This document shows positions 58,902 through 64,000 of a stretch of 64,000 bases of DNA, one piece after another. The translations under genes and the position numbers were made by a program. How positions within the stretch are numbered: position 1 is the stretch's first letter; every line of letters starts with the position of its first letter. The stretch is from Alphaproteobacteria bacterium (lineage in GTDB: Bacteria; Pseudomonadota; Alphaproteobacteria; UBA6615). The notes under the pieces are model-generated. The model was not told the origin of the DNA. It worked only from the letters and a program-made list of their open reading frames with translations, and searched no databases. The stretch is from assembly GCA_021774445.1 (NCBI GenBank), contig JAJFJA010000056.1, forward strand, positions 18,347-82,346, in the 5' to 3' direction.

Positions 58902-59930
58902 ATGAATCCGGATCACATTTTGTCGGTGCGCGACCTGAAAACGCGCTTTCTTATGGATGAGGGCACGGCGAAGGCGGTGGACGGCGTCAGTTTCGATGTG
59001 AGTCCGGGTCAGGTCGTGGGGATCGTCGGCGAAAGTGGCTGCGGCAAGAGCGTTACGATCAAGTCGATCCTCGGGATCGTGCAAAAACCCGGCGAGGTGG
59101 TCGGCGGGGAAATCTTATTTCGGCAGCGCGGCAATGGCGCGGCGGCAGCCGAGATGGTCGATTTGGCGAAGTTGGATGGTCGCGGCAAGGAGATGCGGGC
59201 CATTCGCGGAAGCGACATCGCCCTGATACCGCAGGAGCCGATGGCGGCGCTTAGTCCGGTCCATACGATTGGCAATCAGTTGGTCGAAGCCGTGCGATTG
59301 CATCAGGACGTCAGCAAGCGGCGGGCGGAGGAATTGGCCATCGAGCGAATGACCGAAGTCGGCGTCCCGAACCCCGCAGAGCGCATGAGCATGTACTCGT
59401 GGGAACTTAGCGGTGGGCTACGCCAACGCGTGATGATCGCCATGGCCTTGTCATGCAGCCCAAGGCTGCTGATCGCGGATGAACCGACGACGGCGATCGA
59501 TGTGACGACACAGGCGCAGGTCCTGAGACTGCTGCGCGGCCTGCAACAGAATCACGGCATGGCGATTATCTTCATCACCCATGATTTGGGGGTTATTGCC
59601 CAGGTCGCGGATTATGTGGTGGTGATGTATCTCGGCCGGGTCATGGAAACCGGTCCGGTGGACGATATCTTCCACAACCCGCAGCATCCCTATACCAGGG
59701 CGTTGCTTGAATCGATTCCGTCCGTTCATGCGCTGTCGCGAGAGCCGTTGCCGACGATCGAAGGGTCGATCCCACATCCCTTCAACCGCCCGGCAGGCTG
59801 TCCGTTCGCACCGCGGTGCGTTGCGGCGATGCCGGGCAAGTGCGACCGGCGTACGCCAAAACCGACCCAGTTGAACGGTGGGCAATCGGTGAGCTGTTTT
59901 CTCCACAACGATGCGGCGGAGGAGGATTGA
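58902..59930 (+). CDS. DppD/OppD-like ABC ATP-binding protein
   Basis: [36 protein letters not shown]. Confidence 0.93.
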   Translation: MNPDHILSVRDLKTRFLMDEGTAKAVDGVSFDVSPGQVVGIVGESGCGKSVTIKSILGIVQKPGEVVGGEILFRQRGNGAAAAEMVDLAKLDGRGKEMRAIRGSDIALIPQEPMAALSPVHTIGNQLVEAVRLHQDVSKRRAEELAIERMTEVGVPNPAERMSMYSWELSGGLRQRVMIAMALSCSPRLLIADEPTTAIDVTTQAQVLRLLRGLQQNHGMAIIFITHDLGVIAQVADYVVVMYLGRVMETGPVDDIFHNPQHPYTRALLESIPSVHALSREPLPTIEGSIPHPFNRPAGCPFAPRCVAAMPGKCDRRTPKPTQLNGGQSVSCFLHNDAAEED

Positions 59931-61030
59931 TGCCGGTCGACGAGCCGCCGGAAACCAAGCAGACGCTGCTAGAGGTCAACGGGTTGTCGAAATACTTCCC
60001 GATCAAGAAGGGCGTGCTGCGTAAGATATTGGGACAGGTGCGCGCCGTCGATGACGTCAGCTTCGCGATCTACGAGGGCGAAACGCTTGGTCTTGTGGGC
60101 GAGAGCGGCTGCGGCAAGACGACGACGGCGCGCTGCATCATGCGCGCCATGGACCCTACCGCCGGCGAGATAATGTTCCGCAAAGCCTCCGGCGACATGG
60201 TCGATATCGCGGCGCTGCCGGAGAGAGAGATGCGGCCGCTACGCCGAGAGATCCAAATGATCTTTCAAGATCCCTACGGCTCGCTCAATCCGCGGATGAA
60301 CATTCTCGATATTCTGGGTGAGTCGCTGCTGGTCATCGGCGGCATGACCGATCGCGAGGAGCGCAGCGAACGGGTGGCGGAGCTGTTGCGGCTGGTCGGT
60401 CTGCGTCCGGAATATATGCAACGGTTTCCGCACGCGTTTAGCGGCGGCCAGCGGCAACGCATCGTGATCGCGCGGGCGCTGGCACTCAACCCGCGGCTGG
60501 TGGTGGCGGACGAGCCGGTTTCGGCGTTGGATGTGTCGGTGCAGGCTCAGGTGCTGAACCTGATGTTGAAGCTGCAACAGGAACTCAATCTAACCTATCT
60601 GTTCGTCGCGCATGATCTCAGCGTCGTGAAGCATATCTGCGATCGCGTCGTGGTCATGTATGTCGGCAAGATCGTCGAGGTGGCGCCGACGCAGGCATTG
60701 TATGAAAAGCCGAAGCACCCCTATACAGCGGCCCTGATGTCAGCGGTACCGGTGGCGGATCCGCGGCAGCGGGCGGCCATGACGCCGTTGGAGGGGGATG
60801 TGCCAAGCCCGGCCAATCCGCCGTCAGGGTGCTATTTTCATCCCCGTTGCCCTTACGCAGTGGATATATGCTCGCAACAACAGCCGGCCTTGGAAGAAGG
60901 GGCCCCGGGCCACTTCGTCCGTTGCCATCGAGCGGCGGAATTGTCCTTGTCGGGCATTGGAGATCTGGACCGGCCGCAAACCGTCGCCAGTGCCAGCAGC
61001 AGCGACGCGGGCGTCGGACCGATAGGCTAG
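59930..61030 (+). CDS. DppF/OppF-like ABC ATP-binding protein
   Basis: [32 protein letters not shown]. Confidence 0.93.
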   Translation: MPVDEPPETKQTLLEVNGLSKYFPIKKGVLRKILGQVRAVDDVSFAIYEGETLGLVGESGCGKTTTARCIMRAMDPTAGEIMFRKASGDMVDIAALPEREMRPLRREIQMIFQDPYGSLNPRMNILDILGESLLVIGGMTDREERSERVAELLRLVGLRPEYMQRFPHAFSGGQRQRIVIARALALNPRLVVADEPVSALDVSVQAQVLNLMLKLQQELNLTYLFVAHDLSVVKHICDRVVVMYVGKIVEVAPTQALYEKPKHPYTAALMSAVPVADPRQRAAMTPLEGDVPSPANPPSGCYFHPRCPYAVDICSQQQPALEEGAPGHFVRCHRAAELSLSGIGDLDRPQTVASASSSDAGVGPIG

Positions 61031-62109
61031 CGCCTTATCGGTCGGCAGTACTGATCTGCTGCGGCGAGAGCCCCACAGACGGATTTGGCAGAGGCCTCGC
61101 TGTCCAAGGAGCCGGCAAGGACACGAAAGAAGTGCCCCTTTTCCGGGATATCAATTTCCTCAACGGCAAGGGATAGGGCACCGAGGGCGCTCGGGTGGCG
61201 CTTTTGCAGGCGCTGCCATTCGTCCTCGACCAAACTGCCATCGCGTATTGAGACGAGATGGAGGCTCCAGGGTCCGTTGGCGGATGCCGAGCCGGTGTTG
61301 ACGGCGGCTAGGGGCTGCGGCTTGGCCGCAACCTCAACCGTCCCATCGTCTCCGGTCGATGGGGCATCGCCGGCTGGCGACCTGGCGATCTGCTGCACGG
61401 GCGGTTGGGTCGGGGCTGATCGTGCCGCCGCGACCGGAGTGGGCGTTGTTGCAACGGGTGTGGCGCTGACGGCCGGTGTGGCGGCCGCCGTGGCGGTCTT
61501 CGGCTCCGTCGGTGCGACCGCCGGCGGGGTCTTATCGAGATCGACGAGCGCTGCCGTAGCGGCCGTCTCGGTTGCTGGAGGCGTCGCTTCCGCGGTTACC
61601 GGCTGAGCCGCTACCGTTTTGTCCTCTATCGGTTGATCTTGGGCGGCCGGTTTGACCGCCACCTCAACACTGTTTCTGCGGGCCTGCACCAGCTGGGTCG
61701 GCGTCATCAGTTTTTCGATGTAACTCAGGCTGTTCTTGGCGTCTTCGTTGCCCCGAGTCGCGGAGAAGGTGAATAGCCTATGAGCCTCGACATAATCTTG
61801 CAGCACGCCGGTGCCGTTGCCGTACATGACGCCAAGATTGTATTGCGCGATCGCGTCGCCTTGCTCCGCCGCCAGGCGATACCAGCGGACCGCCTTGGTG
61901 TAGTCCTGGGGAACACCCAGACCCTTCTCATGCATGAAGCCCAGGCCGACTTGCGCCTTGATATCTCCTTGATCGGCCAAGGTTCGCCATTCATCGACGG
62001 CGACTTGGTAATCGCCCCGACTATAGGCCGCAAAACCGGCGGCAAAATCTGCATCGGCCTGGGTCACCATCGCGATGAGCGCGGCTATGACGATTACTGT
62101 CCGTTTCAT
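61027..62109 (-). CDS. Exported Sel1-repeat + SPOR-domain protein
   Basis: Signal peptide (MKRTV..ADA); Sel1 repeats ([15 protein letters not shown]); Ala/Pro/Thr linker; SPOR-like C-terminus with two Cys. Confidence 0.82.
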   Translation of the reverse strand: MKRTVIVIAALIAMVTQADADFAAGFAAYSRGDYQVAVDEWRTLADQGDIKAQVGLGFMHEKGLGVPQDYTKAVRWYRLAAEQGDAIAQYNLGVMYGNGTGVLQDYVEAHRLFTFSATRGNEDAKNSLSYIEKLMTPTQLVQARRNSVEVAVKPAAQDQPIEDKTVAAQPVTAEATPPATETAATAALVDLDKTPPAVAPTEPKTATAAATPAVSATPVATTPTPVAAARSAPTQPPVQQIARSPAGDAPSTGDDGTVEVAAKPQPLAAVNTGSASANGPWSLHLVSIRDGSLVEDEWQRLQKRHPSALGALSLAVEEIDIPEKGHFFRVLAGSLDSEASAKSVCGALAAADQYCRPIRR

Positions 62110-62209
62110 GCAGAGGAACATGCCCTGCCGCTGGTCGATGATCAAGGATGCAAGCACACCCGCCGTTGCTTTTCCGCGCAAGTGTAGCCGGTCGACAACG
62201 ACAGTCGCT

Positions 62210-62728
62210 CTATTGGTCGGCGCTGTTAGAAACGATGCGCTCGACCTCGTTTCGCACGATGCGATCGACCAGGGTCGGCAGATGACGGTCGAACCAGTCC
62301 TTGAGCAACGGCCGTAACAGACCACGCAAGCGTTGTTCTACCAGGTCCGGTAGATTCTGGTCGAGCCAGTCCTTCAACATGCCGGACATCGACGCCGAGG
62401 ACATGAAGGTCTCCAGTGCCGGGTCGAATGCAGCCTTGATATCAGCTTCTGCGCGATGGTCAGACTTGGGATGCACAACACTCGCGCTTGCTGGGTCATC
62501 CGATGTGGCCAGGCCGGATTCAAGCTCCGGTGCCGCCGCTTCCGTCGTGTATTTCGCCATAGGGTTCAAATTGATGATCTCGTTCTTGTCGTTGACCATC
62601 ACCGCCTCCACCTTGGGTTTGCCGCCAGATGAGGCGGAAGTATCGGGATCGCTCGTAACCACACGGCGGATTGATGCAAAAATCTCCTCCATCGAGGGTT
62701 CGCTCTTGCGATCTTGAGTTTCGTTCAT
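62210..62728 (-). CDS. popZ: PopZ-like (DUF2497) polar organising protein
   Basis: EPSMEEIFASIRRVV; disordered middle; LRPLLKDWFDRHLPTLVDRIVRNEVERI. Confidence 0.8.
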   Translation of the reverse strand: MNETQDRKSEPSMEEIFASIRRVVTSDPDTSASSGGKPKVEAVMVNDKNEIINLNPMAKYTTEAAAPELESGLATSDDPASASVVHPKSDHRAEADIKAAFDPALETFMSSASMSGMLKDWLDQNLPDLVEQRLRGLLRPLLKDWFDRHLPTLVDRIVRNEVERIVSNSADQ

Positions 62729-62997
62729 GTTTCCTGCACCGGTGTGCCAGGTATCGAGCGTGTGATGATATCGTGCGTGCCGATGATTCTTCTTAGGCCC
62801 GGCAGTAGCAACATCGGTGGAGAGGTACTTCCGCCGTTGCGAGATTTAGCTGATCACAGGTGGCAATCGGACCTAGTTCCGTGCGTTCGTAAGTGGTGCG
62901 CTTGCTCAATCTTGCGGCACGTCCAGGCAGCCGCCGGATATTCCTCTGTCCGGGCGGTCAGCAAGCAAGTTGGGCTGTGAGTAGGCGGTGGCGGGTT

Positions 62998-63228
62998 TCA
63001 GCCTTGTTCGGCGACTCGTTTGGGGGCCGGGTCGTCGACCTCCTGGCCGCCCGACGCTTGCTCCTTTTCCGCTTGGATCCGGTTGTAGACCTCGCGCCGA
63101 TAGACGCTGACATCGGGCGGGAACGTCAGGCCGAGCTTGATCGATTTCCCGCGGACATCGACGACGGTCAGCTCAATGTCGTCGTTGATGACAATAGACT
63201 CACCGATTTTTCGGGTCAGATAGAGCAT
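62998..63228 (-). CDS. csrA: Carbon storage regulator CsrA/RsmA
   Basis: MLYLTRKIGESIVI.DDI..TV......KLG...P..V.VYRREVY..I; AGGGGG RBS. Confidence 0.92.
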   Translation of the reverse strand: MLYLTRKIGESIVINDDIELTVVDVRGKSIKLGLTFPPDVSVYRREVYNRIQAEKEQASGGQEVDDPAPKRVAEQG

Positions 63229-63278
63229 TGTACCGTCCGGTGATCCCCCTTGGACACGCTCGCATCAGTGTATATCGC

Positions 63279-63294
63279 TTTACGAATTGTTAAC
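63279..63294 (+). promoter_or_regulatory. CtrA box in the csrA/flgB divergent promoter
   Basis: TTTA-CGAATTG-TTAAC. Confidence 0.55.
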
Positions 63295-63355
63295 AGGGCG
63301 ACGTGATACTAGGCAAATAGGCTGGCTTGACCCGCGTCCTGGGACCATTGCGCAT

Positions 63356-63775
63356 ATGATTTTCAACGACTTACCTATGCTGACGATGATGACCAAGAAG
63401 CTTTCTTGGCTGTCTCAGCGGACCGAGATGCTGGCGCAAAATATCGCGAATGTGGACACACCGGGCTTCAAGGCCCGGGATATGAAGGATGTGAGTTTCC
63501 GCGAATTGGTGGCGAAACAGCAGGGTCAGGTGGCGTTGACCGGCGCGCCACGGCTGACCAATGCCTCGCATATGCGGGGAACGGTCGCGGTGCGGGTGTT
63601 CAAAGACGAAAGGATGCCCGACCGGAGTGAGGCGGCCTTGGACGGGAATACGGTATCGGCCGAGCAGCAGATGCTGAAACTCGGCGAAACACAGGCGGCT
63701 CATCAGATGACGCTCAATCTCTACCGCAAGCAACTGAATATGCTGCGTACGGCGATCGGGCGCGGATCGGCATAA
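63356..63775 (+). CDS. flgB: Rod protein FlgB
   Basis: WLSQR...LAQNIANVDTPGFKARD; DGNTVS.EQQM. Confidence 0.93.
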   Translation: MIFNDLPMLTMMTKKLSWLSQRTEMLAQNIANVDTPGFKARDMKDVSFRELVAKQQGQVALTGAPRLTNASHMRGTVAVRVFKDERMPDRSEAALDGNTVSAEQQMLKLGETQAAHQMTLNLYRKQLNMLRTAIGRGSA

Positions 63776-63811
63776 CGCTGACGGTCAATAGGCCGAGTGC
63801 GAGGCAATTGA

Positions 63812-64000
63812 ATGGATTTTGATAAAACGCTCAGTATCGCTGCCGCCGGCATGATGTCGCAGGGCGTCCGAGTGCGCGTTATCTCGGAAAACATCGCCAA
63901 CTCGGGATCGCTTGCCGAGTCGCCGGATGGTCAGCCCTACCGGCGCAAATTCGTGACCTTCAAGAATGCGCTCGACAGGGAACTCGGCACGAACGTGATG
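63812..64000 (+). CDS. flgC: Rod protein FlgC, 5' part; truncated by the window edge
   Basis: MDFDKTLSIAAAGMMSQGVRVRVISENIANSGS...PYRRK.V.F. Confidence 0.92.
   Translation, partial: MDFDKTLSIAAAGMMSQGVRVRVISENIANSGSLAESPDGQPYRRKFVTFKNALDRELGTNVM

Noticed and set aside
62736..62749. Sigma54-like TGGCAC..TGC upstream of the popZ-like gene
   Set aside because: GG-to-GC spacing is one base short, and it lies only 7 nt from the start codon

Overview
GC-rich bacterial chromosomal DNA, most likely from a Rhodospirillales-like alphaproteobacterium (inferred from fliX, pflI/motE, popZ, a one-Cys DksA, CtrA boxes and sigma54/ftr promoters). The backbone is a polar-flagellum supercluster: flagellin-glycosylation genes (HisF/HisH-like, N-acetyl-sugar amidotransferase, Maf, TPR-GT41), four tandem flagellins, an unknown 279-aa protein with a flagellin-like tail, flgL-K-N-J-I, fliX, dksA, flgH-A-G-F, fliL-M-pflI-motE, cheY-Z, two MotB-like genes, a 1145-aa TPR protein, fliP-O, a stand-alone FlhB-C gene, a popZ-like gene, csrA and flgB-C. 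Three nutrient uptake/catabolic cassettes interrupt it: an RpiR/sugar ABC/deacylase block, a pyrimidine ABC + dihydropyrimidinase block, and a ROK/enolase/NagB/NagA/family-5 ABC block. The most notable signals are (i) a conserved two-part RNA leader (GGAGC-AGAA-GCUCC hairpin + UUCAGAAUG(A)GGA box) before the flagellins, in a window that has csrA but no recognisable flbT/flaF/fliW; (ii) the CtrA-boxed flagellin-tail protein, a candidate cap or junction subunit; (iii) a suhB/MmgR-like sRNA; (iv) a PopZ-like protein with a duplicated C-terminal motif next to a Sel1-SPOR gene; (v) tandem MotB-like proteins, one lacking the ion-binding Asp; and (vi) a GT41 with degenerate catalytic motifs. No rRNA, tRNA, CRISPR array, transposase or integrase was recognised. 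All calls come from motif recognition by eye; no database search was run.
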